Part shown: positions 31,248 through 41,642 of the stretch, piece after piece
Layout: every line of letters begins with the position of its first letter
Numbering within the stretch: position 1 is the stretch's first letter
Assembly (NCBI GenBank): GCA_963819815.1
Contig: CAWFXL010000001.1
Span: 1,024,001 to 1,088,000, forward strand
DNA: 64,000 bases
Reading direction: 5' to 3'
From: an uncultured bacterium
Lineage (GTDB): Bacteria > Babelota > Babeliae > Babelales > Babelaceae
Notes under the pieces: model-generated
Told to the model about the DNA's origin: nothing
The model's input: only the letters and a program-made list of their open reading frames with translations
Databases searched by the model: none
Translations under genes and position numbers: made by a program

Positions 31248-31303
31248 TGATGATTTTTGAAAGCCTGCTGATCGCAAATTCTCTACAGCAAATCGCTTAT
31301 TAT
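31248..31303 (-). pseudogene. Remnant of a GT2 paralog
   Basis: Minus strand encodes NNKRFAVENLRSAGFQKSS, matching NNEQFAVENLRSACFQKSS of the 40407 gene. Confidence 0.65.
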
Positions 31304-31562
31304 TAGGTGAGCGCTATTTTGTAACCGTTTCTCCGTTTCTGGCTTGAACAGCCAGCAGTCTCTACTGTCGGTTAATGACCGTACCTATTTCCAACGACCG
31401 CAATTGCACAAACTTTAAAATAATAATCTGAAAACATTTTCAATGCTGTGTAATGCAATTAGAAAATAATGTTTTGATAAAAAAATATTGATTTTCAAAG
31501 CTTAATTATGCTAATGTGTAATTAATGAGTAAAACTAATAAATATTCAATTGGGGAGAATAT

Positions 31563-32324
31563 ATGAAAAAAATACACCTCATTTTCTTTACATGGCTTGT
31601 AGCTTCTTATTGCACCATTTATGGCCACGTATTTTGCCCAATCTGCAAAAAACAGTCCGAAGTTTTTCTATGCACTGGTGTTGTTTCTCGAAACAATGCA
31701 TCTTGTCCACATTGCCATTCTCTTGAGCGGCATCGTCATTTGTGGCTATTTTTGCAAGAAAAAAAGAATGAGCTTTTTGAGAGAAACCTTACCTTACTTC
31801 ATTGGGCTCCAGAATCATGCCTTTTTAAGACATTAGAAAACATGTCGAATATTCGTTATATACCGGCTGATCTTAATCCAAATTGTTCTGATGTGCGTAA
31901 GCTTGATATTACCCAGATTGAGCTGGATTCTAATAGCATTGATGTCATTTTATGCAGCCATGTACTTGAACATGTTCCAGATGACAACAAGGCAATGGCA
32001 GAACTCTTTAGAGTATTAAGGCCTGGTGGGTATGCCATCATTATGGTTCCGCTCTACACAAGCCTTGATAAAACCTATGAGGATTTTTCCATAGTTCATC
32101 CAGAAGCTAGAGAGTTGCATTTTGATCAAGATGACCATGTAAGAAAATATGGTCATGATATTTTGGAAAGGTTAAAAGCTGCCGGGTTTGAGGTTGAAAA
32201 ATTTCCGCTCCATCGCTTGTCTAATGTTATGCGTGAACAATATGGTATGGCAGGCTTTGATGGTGAAGAACGAGTTAATGCTGCCCGAGGAGCTGATATA
32301 TTTCTTTGTACAAAATTATTGTAA
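31563..32324 (+). CDS. Class I SAM methyltransferase with N-terminal CxxC/CxxC motif and signal-like peptide
   Basis: CPIC..CPHCHSLERHR, LHWAPE, CSHVLEHVPDD, RVLRPGG, QDDHVRKYG. Confidence 0.88.
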   Translation: MKKIHLIFFTWLVASYCTIYGHVFCPICKKQSEVFLCTGVVSRNNASCPHCHSLERHRHLWLFLQEKKNELFERNLTLLHWAPESCLFKTLENMSNIRYIPADLNPNCSDVRKLDITQIELDSNSIDVILCSHVLEHVPDDNKAMAELFRVLRPGGYAIIMVPLYTSLDKTYEDFSIVHPEARELHFDQDDHVRKYGHDILERLKAAGFEVEKFPLHRLSNVMREQYGMAGFDGEERVNAARGADIFLCTKLL

Positions 32325-32341
32325 GATTAGAAAGCAAAATC

Positions 32342-33205
32342 ATGTTTAAATCAAAATCGTTACTGCTCATTATTTTAATAAATTATCTAGAAATGGGTTG
32401 TGTGAATCAGCCTGCAGTTCCCCAAAAAGAAGAAGTTCGGTTTGTGATAGTAATTCCATCTTATAATAATGAGCTATGGGCATTGGATAACTTGAGATCT
32501 GCCTGTACTCAAAAGTCTTCTCAGCCCTACCAAGTAATCTGTGTCAACGATTGTTCCACTGATAGAACAGGTGAAATCATGGACGAATATGTTAAAGAAA
32601 ATCATCTCGAATCAATGGTTACGGTAATTCACAATAACGCACGACTTGGTCATATGGCTAATTGGTATAACACTATTCATAAGTACATCCCTGATCATAA
32701 CGTGGTAGTTAATCTCGATGGTGATGATATTCTTGCCCATGATAATGTTCTCCTAACCTTAGAGAAATATTATGTGAACCCTAACTGCTGGCTTACCTAT
32801 GGTTCGGCAGTTGCATACCCATCAGGAAATAGCCTCCCTCGCATGTCACAAGGTATTCCTGATAGAGTGTTTCATGAAAAGGAAATAAGAAAATATGAAT
32901 TTGTAGCTCAACATTTGAGGACCTTCAAAGCTGGGCTATTTAAGAAAATTAATAAAGATGATCTTTCTATAGATGGAGAATTTGTACAAGCAGCAGTAGA
33001 TATGGCATTCATGTTACCTATGTTGGAAATGTGCTCACCCAAAGGAGAAACAAATGTTAATCATTCAGCATTTATTCCAGAACTCTTATATTTGTATCGC
33101 ACCAATAATCCGATCAGTATTTTTAGAACTAGGCGCGCTTATCAACAAGCGATTGATCTGTTTATCAGATCTAAAAAACCATATGAGTCCTTGGATTCCT
33201 TATAA
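32342..33205 (+). CDS. GT2 glycosyltransferase (paralog 1)
   Basis: FVIVIPSYNNE, VNDCSTD, LDGDD, HLRTFK, DMAF; hydrophobic N-terminus. Confidence 0.9.
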   Translation: MFKSKSLLLIILINYLEMGCVNQPAVPQKEEVRFVIVIPSYNNELWALDNLRSACTQKSSQPYQVICVNDCSTDRTGEIMDEYVKENHLESMVTVIHNNARLGHMANWYNTIHKYIPDHNVVVNLDGDDILAHDNVLLTLEKYYVNPNCWLTYGSAVAYPSGNSLPRMSQGIPDRVFHEKEIRKYEFVAQHLRTFKAGLFKKINKDDLSIDGEFVQAAVDMAFMLPMLEMCSPKGETNVNHSAFIPELLYLYRTNNPISIFRTRRAYQQAIDLFIRSKKPYESLDSL

Positions 33206-33266
33206 TTAAGCTGGGAGTCCAGCTAGGTAAATCCATAGGTTATCTATAGATGTATGCGACAAACTT

Positions 33267-34013
33267 CTAGCGACTGAATTTTTCAAACAAAAACTGATTA
33301 ATGCGCTTTTTAAGAGCCACTTCTAAAAAGGGAGGTTCTTCAAAATGATATTTTGTCTTTACCGCTTGCAGATTCTGTATAAACCGTCGGGTTATCACTT
33401 CCCCCGCTAATGTAAGAAGATGCAACTGCTCAATATCATTGAGATTATTATAGAATTTGCCGCCCACAGTTTCCCGCCTTAAAATGGACAAAGCAACAAA
33501 CTGGGATTCTGAGGTTAGAAAGCTCAAAGCCCAATCCTTCAAAGTTGTGCCTACACCAGTTGAATACAGCGAAAGAGTTTGAAGAAGTTCGTTATAGTAC
33601 TTATCAAGAGGATCAAAAGTCTCTTCTGGATTTATTTGAAACTCGTATCTAGGAATGATGATCTCTTTTATAAGCTTCTGCAATTCACTCTTATGCATCT
33701 TTGGCGCTGTAGACGGAAGGTAGCGCTTCTCAAATTCTTTCCTTACCTGCTTAACTTTTTGTTCAAGCTGCTCTTTATTCAAGTACTCAGTAAAAGGCAG
33801 TTGGGACTCATTCACCAGGAAGTCACGTGCAATTGGGGTCAATATCTTTCCAAGATCTTCTGATAAGTAAGATCCTGGAGTATCAACCACCCAATCAATA
33901 AAAGCTTTATCTGCCTGCTTATTTTTGTCTTCCAAAGAAATATAAGGTGCTTTTTTTGCCCCTTCTAGAGGAAGCAAAAGACAGGTTAAGACAAGATATA
34001 AGAACCTTTTCAT
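33267..34013 (-). CDS. Exported hypothetical protein
   Basis: SD GGAG; MKRFLYLVLTCLLLPLEG signal-like start; long open frame. Confidence 0.7.
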   Translation of the reverse strand: MKRFLYLVLTCLLLPLEGAKKAPYISLEDKNKQADKAFIDWVVDTPGSYLSEDLGKILTPIARDFLVNESQLPFTEYLNKEQLEQKVKQVRKEFEKRYLPSTAPKMHKSELQKLIKEIIIPRYEFQINPEETFDPLDKYYNELLQTLSLYSTGVGTTLKDWALSFLTSESQFVALSILRRETVGGKFYNNLNDIEQLHLLTLAGEVITRRFIQNLQAVKTKYHFEEPPFLEVALKKRINQFLFEKFSR

Positions 34014-34577
34014 AAGACAATCTCCAGAGATCAAAAAAAGAAGGAGGCGCATGAATTAAAACTCATTTTTCTCTCCGCCTCATACTCGTCCTACACATAT
34101 AGTCTTTGTCATCAAAAGAATGTCCTGCAAAGACTCATCTGACATTCTTAGGTTTAGCAATTTCATCAGCATATCTACTCACTAAACAGAGTGATAGGCA
34201 TTCCCTCGTTACCTTTATGAGCATACAGATCAAGGGAATATCTTAGAGCTCATAAGTACAGCGAATCAGTTCGATCCGATGCTCGTGAAGTCCAGCTTCA
34301 CGCATAACTTGACCCTCATATTACGAGCGCAGGGGTCATCTTACTCGATGTGCACGAAAATGGTGCGAAAACAAACACGACATAACGTCGTTATCGCCTC
34401 CGGCATATTTTGTAGGTGTCAATCATTCCTACTTTTAGGCTAACAGTTCAGAGATCTGATTGTCAATAATATTAGTATTTTTTTAATAGTGATGACAATG
34501 AATGCATAGCGCATTAAGCACCATACATATCTCGGGGGGACAAAAGATCTGAATTTATGAAGATTGGGGGAAAAATC

Positions 34578-34946
34578 TGGTGGAGGCGATGGGAGTCGAA
34601 CCCATGTCCGCAAAACACTCAACGAAAAGCGCTACATGCTTAGTCTTTATTAATTCATATAATGGCTTGCAAAGACACATCACACTATATGCCTGGTTGG
34701 TTCATCATTCAAGGCTACTTACCAAGTAAACCTACCTTGACGTCCTATTATTTTTGTTATACGAGTATAGAGAAACTATAGGCAGTTTCTTTATACAAGG
34801 CGCTTATGCCCTTAGGCGCAAGCAACGTGGGCGTTAAGCCCTGGCATTTCTGCACTTATTGTTCGACCATTTGGTTTACGAGCACACAGTCAAAGCTCGG
34901 CATGCTCAGATCGCATCATATCATACGTCGAAGCCAGTACGCCCCC
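34578..34946 (-). ncRNA. ssrA: tmRNA
   Basis: 5' GGGGGCGTACTGGCTTCGAC; 3' GGGTTCGACTCCCATCGCCTCCACCA; 369 nt; tag frame 34853-34812 encodes AEMPGLNAHVACA*. Confidence 0.96.
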
Positions 34947-34968
34947 GAAAATTTCAATTGTTAGTCTT

Positions 34969-34997
34969 AGTGTACTGTAATAGTTACACATTGTCAA
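34969..34997 (-). promoter_or_regulatory. ssrA promoter
   Basis: TTGACA-17 bp-TACACT. Confidence 0.75.
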
Positions 34998-35012
34998 GAG
35001 CTGCCAGGAATT

Positions 35013-35378
35013 CTATTCTGGGTGTATTTTGAGCAATTCGACCTTAAAGCGCAAAGTCGCCTGAGGAGGTATTGCTGCTCCTGCTCCACGCGTTCCATAT
35101 GCCAATTGAGGGGGAAGAATAATGTAGCGAACTTCTCCTTCATGCATCTCAAGAAGTGTTTCATCCCACCCCTTAATAACCTGACCTACGCCAACCACAA
35201 AGGAAAAAGGACGGCTCCGATCATGGCTACTGTCAAACTTTTTACCCTGCTCACCTGCATTATCAAGCCATCCCGTATAATGAACATCTACGACATCCCC
35301 AGGAGTAGGGGTATGGTCTCCTGAGCCCTCTTTTTCAATATGATATTGAAGCCCATCAGGGCGTATGATAAATTCCGT
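35013..35378 (-). pseudogene. Duplicate FKBP-type PPIase, full-length frame with ATG changed to ACG
   Basis: Colinear 366-nt copy of 46420-46785 with no internal stop; start codon ACG at 35378. Confidence 0.75.
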
Positions 35379-35435
35379 GATTCTCCGCTGGTAATGAAAC
35401 AGGGCGCCAAACTATATGCCCTGCCTGTATGTTCC

Positions 35436-35567
35436 TTATTTAACTTTGAGAAGTTCAACCCTAAACCGAAGTGTTGAATTTGGTGGAATTTTAGCAACTG
35501 ACATCGATCCATAGGCAAGTTTAGGCGGAAGAATAATGTAGCGAGTTTCACCCTCTTTCATATCCGC
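35436..35567 (-). pseudogene. 3' fragment of the membrane-anchored FKBP
   Basis: Matches 46845-46976 (ADMKEGETRYIILPP..LLKVK). Confidence 0.9.
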
Positions 35568-35938
35568 TTGGTCGGCAGGATGGAAAGGTTTTTTTGGAGA
35601 GCTAGTTGTAGGGATACTCGCAGCGGTAGTTGGCTGGTTCATCATAACGAACCCAATTCTCGGTGCAGCATCACTCACCCTCCTTCTTGCACTGTACTTC
35701 TGTGTATCAGGGCTCTTTAAAATTGCAGGAGCACTTATATATCATCTTGAGCATTGGGGTTGGCTCTTGTTTAATGGTATTGTAAGTCTTTTTAATTTTG
35801 GCTCAATGGCCAGCAGCTGCTCTGTGGGTTTTAGGTATGTTCCTAGCGATAGACTTAATCGTCAGTGGCTGGACATCAGTCATGCTTTCTCTTGCTCTAC
35901 GCAAAACATGTAAACTTGCCGGTCAAGAAACAGCATAA
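35568..35938 (+). pseudogene. 5'-truncated duplicate of the hdeD-like gene with an 11-nt deletion
   Basis: Aligns to 29356-29737; 10 nt in place of 21 nt after GTAAGTCTT (about 35790). Confidence 0.9.
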
Positions 35939-35954
35939 AAATTCACCAAAACAA

Positions 35955-35990
35955 ACTGATGGAGGGGAACATTAGTTCCCCTCCATCAGT
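35955..35990. repeat. 16-bp perfect hairpin (possible terminator)
   Basis: ACTGATGGAGGGGAAC-ATTA-GTTCCCCTCCATCAGT. Confidence 0.85.
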
Positions 35991-36249
35991 GCGCACGGTT
36001 TCGTATACAGCTCTTCACTGAAGTCTGATTTGTAGAAAATACGGTCATGGTAATAAGATAAAATAGTACGTAGTATGCTATGTTTTGCTTTGCTAATGAT
36101 GATATCGAAGCAATAAAGCTTACTTTTATTGCGCACAAATGGCTTGTTGTTGGAAAAAAGAAGAGCTAAAGGAATTGGTCAACAAGATTTCATTGAAAGT
36201 CCTTCAGTTAAAGAGTCTTGTATAAGAAAAAAATGGGCAGAGCTCCTAA

Positions 36250-36490
36250 GAAAACGATTGATATCTTTCTGCCTTCAAAGCCTGCTTTTTCAGAAGCATG
36301 AACCATCTGCCTTTATGTCGAATAGTTCGATCTCCGATTGTTTTTTAATACAAAAGATTGAGTTAAGATTACATCCCTCAATCGAACGATGAAGGTAGCA
36401 TCTTTCAATGGCTCTACATTAAATTTTTCATTATAGTGCTTGGTGTACTAGCTTTGTAGGAAGTAATTAGCTTCTTCAATTGTAGTAAAA
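36250..36490 (-). mobile_element. ISNCY (IS1202-like) transposase remnant
   Basis: Broken frames TTIEEANYFLQS..HYNEKFNVEP..HRSIEGCNLNSIFCIK..RTIRHKGRWF; homologous to 45960-46131. Confidence 0.7.
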
Positions 36491-36655
36491 GAAAAGGGGT
36501 CTTTGTTCATAGTCAGGGAGGACATTTCTTTTGCGTTCCGACAATTATTTTTGCAACCATTGCTTTTTCTTTAAAATTATAAGTAAGATGAGGGTAAGAG
36601 GTCGAGCAAGCTTTTCAAGATCGAAAGGCATCAAAAATCACTAGGAGGGAAATTT

Positions 36656-37417
36656 ATGAAAAACAAAATAGTTTTATATTCTAAGCATTTAACAAAGATA
36701 CTAGCCAGTTCTTTATTGCTACTTCTAGTATGCACCGTCCAACTGACATTTAGTTCAATCGTTGACAGTAAAGCAGCTGATGAAAAATTACGAGAAATTC
36801 ATTCAAAATTAAGTATAAAGCATGGGGACTTTTCCTTGGAATATGACGAACAAAAGATGAACGTCATGTTTCTCCCAAAGGATGCGAAAGTTTTAGAAAT
36901 AGGAGGAAATATTGGCAGAGTCAGTTGTGTCACTGCCTCCATTCTAACTCACCAAGATAACTTGGTTACTTTGGAATCCCATCCGGTGTACGCGAAACAA
37001 TTGCAAGAAAATAGGGATCTTAACGGATTAAACTTCCATATTGAAGCATCTGCGCTATCAAAAGTGCCTTTAATCCAAGCGGGTTGGAATTCAATGCCAA
37101 GCGAAGTTTTATTGCCGGGCTACATTTGGGTCAAAACAATATCATTTGCTGAGCTGCAAAAGAAATACAACATCGAATTTGATACATTGGTGGCTGATTG
37201 TGAAGGTGCACTATATTACATTCTTCGAGATGATCCAGATATCCTTAAAAATATTAAATTAATCCTTATCGAAAACGACTTCCTAGAGCAAGAACATTTA
37301 GATTTTGTTCATAATCTATTCAGACAAAATGGATTTGAGGCTGTATATAGCCAGAGGTGTGAATGGTGTCGTATGTTCCCTAGTTTTGAATATTTCTTTC
37401 AAGTATGGAAGAGATAA
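36656..37417 (+). CDS. FkbM-like methyltransferase with N-terminal hydrophobic segment
   Basis: VLEIGGNIG, LVTLES, LVADCEGA, LIEND. Confidence 0.82.
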   Translation: MKNKIVLYSKHLTKILASSLLLLLVCTVQLTFSSIVDSKAADEKLREIHSKLSIKHGDFSLEYDEQKMNVMFLPKDAKVLEIGGNIGRVSCVTASILTHQDNLVTLESHPVYAKQLQENRDLNGLNFHIEASALSKVPLIQAGWNSMPSEVLLPGYIWVKTISFAELQKKYNIEFDTLVADCEGALYYILRDDPDILKNIKLILIENDFLEQEHLDFVHNLFRQNGFEAVYSQRCEWCRMFPSFEYFFQVWKR

Positions 37418-37489
37418 GCATTAACACCCGCTCTCTATAAGATTTTGTAAAGGCTTTGCGGTCAGGCATTCAACTTTGTCGATTAGCAC

Positions 37490-37519
37490 GAGGTAGCTCA
37501 CAATGGGCTACCTCTTTTT
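37490..37519. terminator. Intrinsic terminator, counterpart of 29756-29792
   Basis: GAGGTAGC..GCTACCTC followed by T5. Confidence 0.7.
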
Positions 37520-37537
37520 ATTGGAATTTAGAAAGAA

Positions 37538-38071
37538 TCAATTAGGAAAAAGCTGCTCTATCATCTGAACTGCCTCGCTGGTCAAATTCTCAACAAGAGC
37601 AGGGTTCTCAAAGCGCTCCAGGACATAGTGTAAAACCTGTTCTCTGGCAACCGGCCGACCAATGCCAAACCTCAGCCGAGCAAATTCAGAAGTACCCCAT
37701 CGCTCAATAAGGGACTTAAGGCCATTGTGACCTCGTGCACTCCCTCCCGTCTTAATAGAAAGCTTTCCAAGAGGTTTTTCAAGCTCATCATGAATAACAA
37801 GAATATTCTGTGGCCCAATCCCCTTTTTCTTTAAAAAAGGCACGACATCGCCAGAGTTATTCATATACGTAAGGGGCTTTACAAGGAGTACCGGATGACC
37901 TTGAATCTGTATGGTAGCAATCTGCGTATCGGGGAAAGATTGCCAGTGGCCGCCAAATGAAGCGGCCACTGAATCTATAACTTTGAAGCCAGCATTGTGT
38001 CGGGTTTCAGCATATTTCGCATCGGGATTACCAAGTCCAATAAGAACTTTTGGCACCTGAATTTCAGTCAT
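37538..38071 (-). CDS. pth: Peptidyl-tRNA hydrolase, copy 2
   Basis: All Pth motifs intact; close paralog of 29826-30356. Confidence 0.93.
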   Translation of the reverse strand: MTEIQVPKVLIGLGNPDAKYAETRHNAGFKVIDSVAASFGGHWQSFPDTQIATIQIQGHPVLLVKPLTYMNNSGDVVPFLKKKGIGPQNILVIHDELEKPLGKLSIKTGGSARGHNGLKSLIERWGTSEFARLRFGIGRPVAREQVLHYVLERFENPALVENLTSEAVQMIEQLFPN

Positions 38072-38075
38072 CTTC

Positions 38076-38110
38076 TTATTTTGAAGCTGGCCTTTTTTAT
38101 CTTTACGGTA
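38076..38110 (-). pseudogene. 3' tip of a duplicated OmpH/Skp gene
   Basis: TTATTTTGAAGCTGG..TTTTTATCTTTACGGTA matches 30361-30396. Confidence 0.75.
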
Positions 38111-38124
38111 CGTAGTTAGAGTTC

Positions 38125-39083
38125 GGCGATGTCAATAATGAAATGCAACACATAGGATTTTCACATAGAAAAGATGCATTTTGAAGGCTCCAATATATTC
38201 ATTCATGCATCATCTCCTTAAAAGCCTCTGAAGCCATTTTATAATTTAGGATTGCTCTTGGCATATTGTTAAGCTTTTGAGCAGCCTCTTCAATATCTTT
38301 CTCGTTGATCTGATCATGTCTACCTTTAAGGGAAAGAAATGTCTGATAAGGCCATTGACGTTCTCTATGCTACCCTTTTGCCATGGCGCTCCTGAGTCAC
38401 AGAAATAAGTTGCTATGCCCAGTTCATTCAATAGCTCATGATCAGCAAATTCGCTACCATTGTCAAAGGTTAAACTTTTAACAGGAAGATCTGATTCTTT
38501 AATTGTATGAATCAGCCCCCATATAACAACATTAGTTGTTTTATTTGGATTCTTGGAGTTTTATCAGCTTTCCTCCTCAGACCTCTTTTTTTATGAGATC
38601 TGAGCAAGAATTTATTTAAATTGAGTCCTTTCCCTTCACTACTATAGATCCATTGATAAATAGCTTCTGCCGATATTCTTAGCCCAGAACTCTTATTATT
38701 CCGTGCTCCAGATATTGTTTGAGAAGACCAACCAATTTTAAGATGTTCAACAATATAAGCTTTCAATGCAGGATCCTTCTTAACTTTTGGCATGTTCTTA
38801 TGCTTGCGCTTAGCGGTTCTTTCTTGAGCTTCACCAGAGTATAAATAGCCTATGTGATCACTGTTTCTAGCTATCTCTCTTGAGATTGTAGATGGTGCTC
38901 GACCAAGTTCAACAGCTATTTGCCGTATCGGCTTTTGTCTACAGAGGGCTCTATAAATATGACATCTTTCATAGTACGATAGCTGAGTAAAGTTTTCCAT
39001 AATTTGCAACACTCTTTCGGTATAGAATATGACGCAAATATCATTCTATCTGAAAAGTGTTGCATTTCATATTAGACTAGGCC
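38125..39083 (-). mobile_element. IS30-family element, internally deleted
   Basis: 27-bp imperfect terminal inverted repeats sharing ATGAAATGCAACAC; TTC on both flanks; HTH GRAPSTISREI in 38512-39012; TFDNGSEF..PWQKGSIENVNGLIR in the 3' fragment. Confidence 0.92.
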
Positions 39084-39109
39084 TTCACATCAAAGATTCC
39101 AGAGCCTCA

Positions 39110-40204
39110 TTACTTGTTACAGCTTTTAATATCAAATAAAAGCCCCTTCACATATTCGGGGTCTAGAATAATTATTTTTGCTTCTTTATCTTCTATCCCG
39201 ACACCTATTAATAAATTTTCACCAGAATGATCGAAGGTCATTGACGTACAAAATTCAACACCGACGTGGGTAAAAGTAAAGGGAAGGGAAATTTTTGTTA
39301 TGCGAAATTCTGCGTCCAGATACAAGAATCTGTGGGTATAGCTATAATTTTGAACACGCTCATGAACCACCATTAGGTATCCATTATCAAAGTCTATGGG
39401 CGCCGCAGACCCACGAGAATAAGAAAAGTCTAATTTAGGCGAATAGCTAAGAACTGTCTTGAATGTTCCATTTTCCATGTTTGGCTCTATGAGTATAAAG
39501 GGATCATATGAGTAAATAAACCTGAGCTTTTCCTGCCTAACAATGGGCATCCAATTCTTTTCGTGGCGTCTTTCTTCTGGTCCATGAAAAAGTGCTAATG
39601 TTTCAATCGTTGGTCGGGGAAAATGATCAAAAGAATTAAGTTCGCAACTAAGCCTACATACCGCTACTTTTTGTAACCAATTAGAGGATTTGATGGCTGA
39701 GCATCCCACTAACCAGTGGGAATTATCCCAATAGAATATTCTGCCATCTTCCACTTGGTAAGCTTCGTTTATATTTTTTGTAAGATGAGATGGTATCGTT
39801 ATTTCTTGCTCAGATAGGAGGTTAAAATCTTTATCATACCTGAGAAAAAAGTTCCTGATTTTCGGGGTATCTCCACTTACTATTGTACGATAATCAGGAA
39901 TCTTAAGATTTGTAACTTTGCACATAATATCATAGCCATTTGCCGTTTTTATGATCGATGGATTAAGTGGTACATAAGTTTCACTATGGCCTTCCTTAAT
40001 TAGTGGCAAGGTAAAAGTAACATCTATAATCTCTTTAGATTCTAGGTTCCTTAGTAAAGCTAGCATAGGTTGAATATATTTTTCTTTATCAGCTTTCGAA
40101 ATGCTTTTGCTTAATATAAGTTGATCAAGTTCCCTTAGAGATTCTTTTTGAGAGAATATTAAAGAACTACATAATAACTGTATGAGCATCAATAGATACA
40201 ACAT
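39110..40204 (-). CDS. Exported beta-propeller glycoside hydrolase/phosphorylase-like protein (GH130-like)
   Basis: Signal peptide; LNPSI, VEDGRIF, EKNWMP, RGSA, YTHRF, VEFC, GIEDKEA. Confidence 0.7.
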   Translation of the reverse strand: MLYLLMLIQLLCSSLIFSQKESLRELDQLILSKSISKADKEKYIQPMLALLRNLESKEIIDVTFTLPLIKEGHSETYVPLNPSIIKTANGYDIMCKVTNLKIPDYRTIVSGDTPKIRNFFLRYDKDFNLLSEQEITIPSHLTKNINEAYQVEDGRIFYWDNSHWLVGCSAIKSSNWLQKVAVCRLSCELNSFDHFPRPTIETLALFHGPEERRHEKNWMPIVRQEKLRFIYSYDPFILIEPNMENGTFKTVLSYSPKLDFSYSRGSAAPIDFDNGYLMVVHERVQNYSYTHRFLYLDAEFRITKISLPFTFTHVGVEFCTSMTFDHSGENLLIGVGIEDKEAKIIILDPEYVKGLLFDIKSCNK

Positions 40205-40406
40205 GACCTCTCCCTTTTTATATTTTCCGCCCATATGCTTATTATAAAATACTTAGATAGATATTTGCAATAATTTTCTAATGAAGATAAAAGCTCACAT
40301 TGAGCACTAACATTTATTCATCTAAATTATAGACTTATCGATATTAAATTTAGTAATTTTAAAATATATGACTACTATCACTAATTTTTCAAGAAGGAGG
40401 GGTTCA

Positions 40407-41291
40407 ATGTTTTCACTATCAAAATCTTATCGATTTCTTTATCTGAGTATGGCCATATTGAGTTCGCTTTCACAGGCTGAAGAAAGTCAATTGAATATGA
40501 CCGTAACTCACCCTATCGAATTTGTAATTTTGATCGCATCATACAATAATGAGCAATTTGCTGTTGAGAATCTGCGATCTGCTTGTTTCCAAAAATCATC
40601 AAGACCTTACGAGGTTATCTATGTGAATGATTGTTCTACTGATAATACTCATGCAGTCGTAGAAGCCTACGTTAAAGAACATGGACTTGAAAACCGAGTA
40701 ACCATTATTAATAACGAAATAAATGTTGGCCAAGTTGGAAACTATTACAATATCATACATAGCTTCATACCTGACCATAAAATTGTTGTTTTACTTGATG
40801 GTGATGATAAATTAGCCCATGATGAGGTATTGTCTGTTCTTGAAAAACACTATTCAAACCCAAATACATGGATGACCCATGGATCACGCATAATATTTCC
40901 TGAACAAGGTATGGATAATGTTCCTGAGTCCCAACCATATCCAAGTGATGTAATTTTGGAGAGATTATTTAGAAAAAGTGAATGGGTAAAAGGAGCTCAT
41001 TTAATATCTTTCAAAGCTTGTTTATACAAAAAGATTCGAAAAGAAGATCTCATGTATCAAGGGAAATTCTTAAAAGTGGCGGGCGATGTGGCATTTCTAA
41101 TGCCTATATTTGAAATGTGCTCGCCCTACAAAGGCAATAAAAAAAGCCACATTCAATTTATTCCAGAGGTTCTCTATCTCTATCGAGTAAATAATCCCAT
41201 AAGTGACTTTAGAATATATAAAGGTGCACAGAGTGAAATGAACGGGTATATAAGAGGCTTGCAACCCTATGAAAGCCTAGAATCACTGTAA
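40407..41291 (+). CDS. GT2 glycosyltransferase (paralog 2)
   Basis: Signal peptide ending SQA; FVILIASYNNE, NDCSTD, LDGDD, GDVAF. Confidence 0.9.
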   Translation: MFSLSKSYRFLYLSMAILSSLSQAEESQLNMTVTHPIEFVILIASYNNEQFAVENLRSACFQKSSRPYEVIYVNDCSTDNTHAVVEAYVKEHGLENRVTIINNEINVGQVGNYYNIIHSFIPDHKIVVLLDGDDKLAHDEVLSVLEKHYSNPNTWMTHGSRIIFPEQGMDNVPESQPYPSDVILERLFRKSEWVKGAHLISFKACLYKKIRKEDLMYQGKFLKVAGDVAFLMPIFEMCSPYKGNKKSHIQFIPEVLYLYRVNNPISDFRIYKGAQSEMNGYIRGLQPYESLESL

Positions 41292-41310
41292 ATGGCAATT
41301 CGTCAGCTAC

Positions 41311-41365
41311 TGCACGTTGTGGCAATTTTTTTGAAAAAAAATAAAAAAAATTGCCACAACGTGCA
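41311..41365. repeat. 22-bp perfect inverted repeat
   Basis: TGCACGTTGTGGCAATTTTTTT / AAAAAAATTGCCACAACGTGCA. Confidence 0.9.
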
Positions 41366-41449
41366 CTGCCAAAAATCGTTTACTTTTTTCTAAAAGACCG
41401 AAAAGCCTATTTAAGTGAGTAGTTGGGTTGTAATTTAGAGACAAGGCAT

Positions 41450-41551
41450 TTTGGAAATAGACTAAATGCACATTAATTAGAGGTAAGTGCACGCTCTTTT
41501 CAGTAAAAGTTGCTCATTGGGGTCTGAGTCTAAAGTAGCCTAAAAATTTGC
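41450..41551 (+). repeat. Degenerate dispersed repeat, copy A (copy B at 42905-43019)
   Basis: Shared AGACTAAATGCACA..CTCTTTTCAGTAA..TGCTCA..CTAAAGT. Confidence 0.75.
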
Positions 41552-41642
41552 TCTAACAATATTAAACTCTTGAAATTTAATCATTGTTTTTGCTAACATG
41601 AAGTTAGAAGCTTTTTTATTATATAAAACAGGGAGAACAATT

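Noticed and set aside
34393..34401. ATCGCCTCC matching the tmRNA 3' end as a possible att site
   Set aside because: Only 9 nt, in the opposite orientation, and no integrase is present
34060..34430. Coding-like sequence downstream of ssrA
   Set aside because: Broken by stops in the frames I read; no family recognised
34440..34622. 60-aa ORF overlapping the tmRNA 3' end
   Set aside because: Spurious translation of the tRNA-like domain
35436..35678. 80-aa chimeric ORF ending in an FKBP C-terminus
   Set aside because: Its N-half is the antisense of the hdeD' fragment; it is a by-product of the duplication junction
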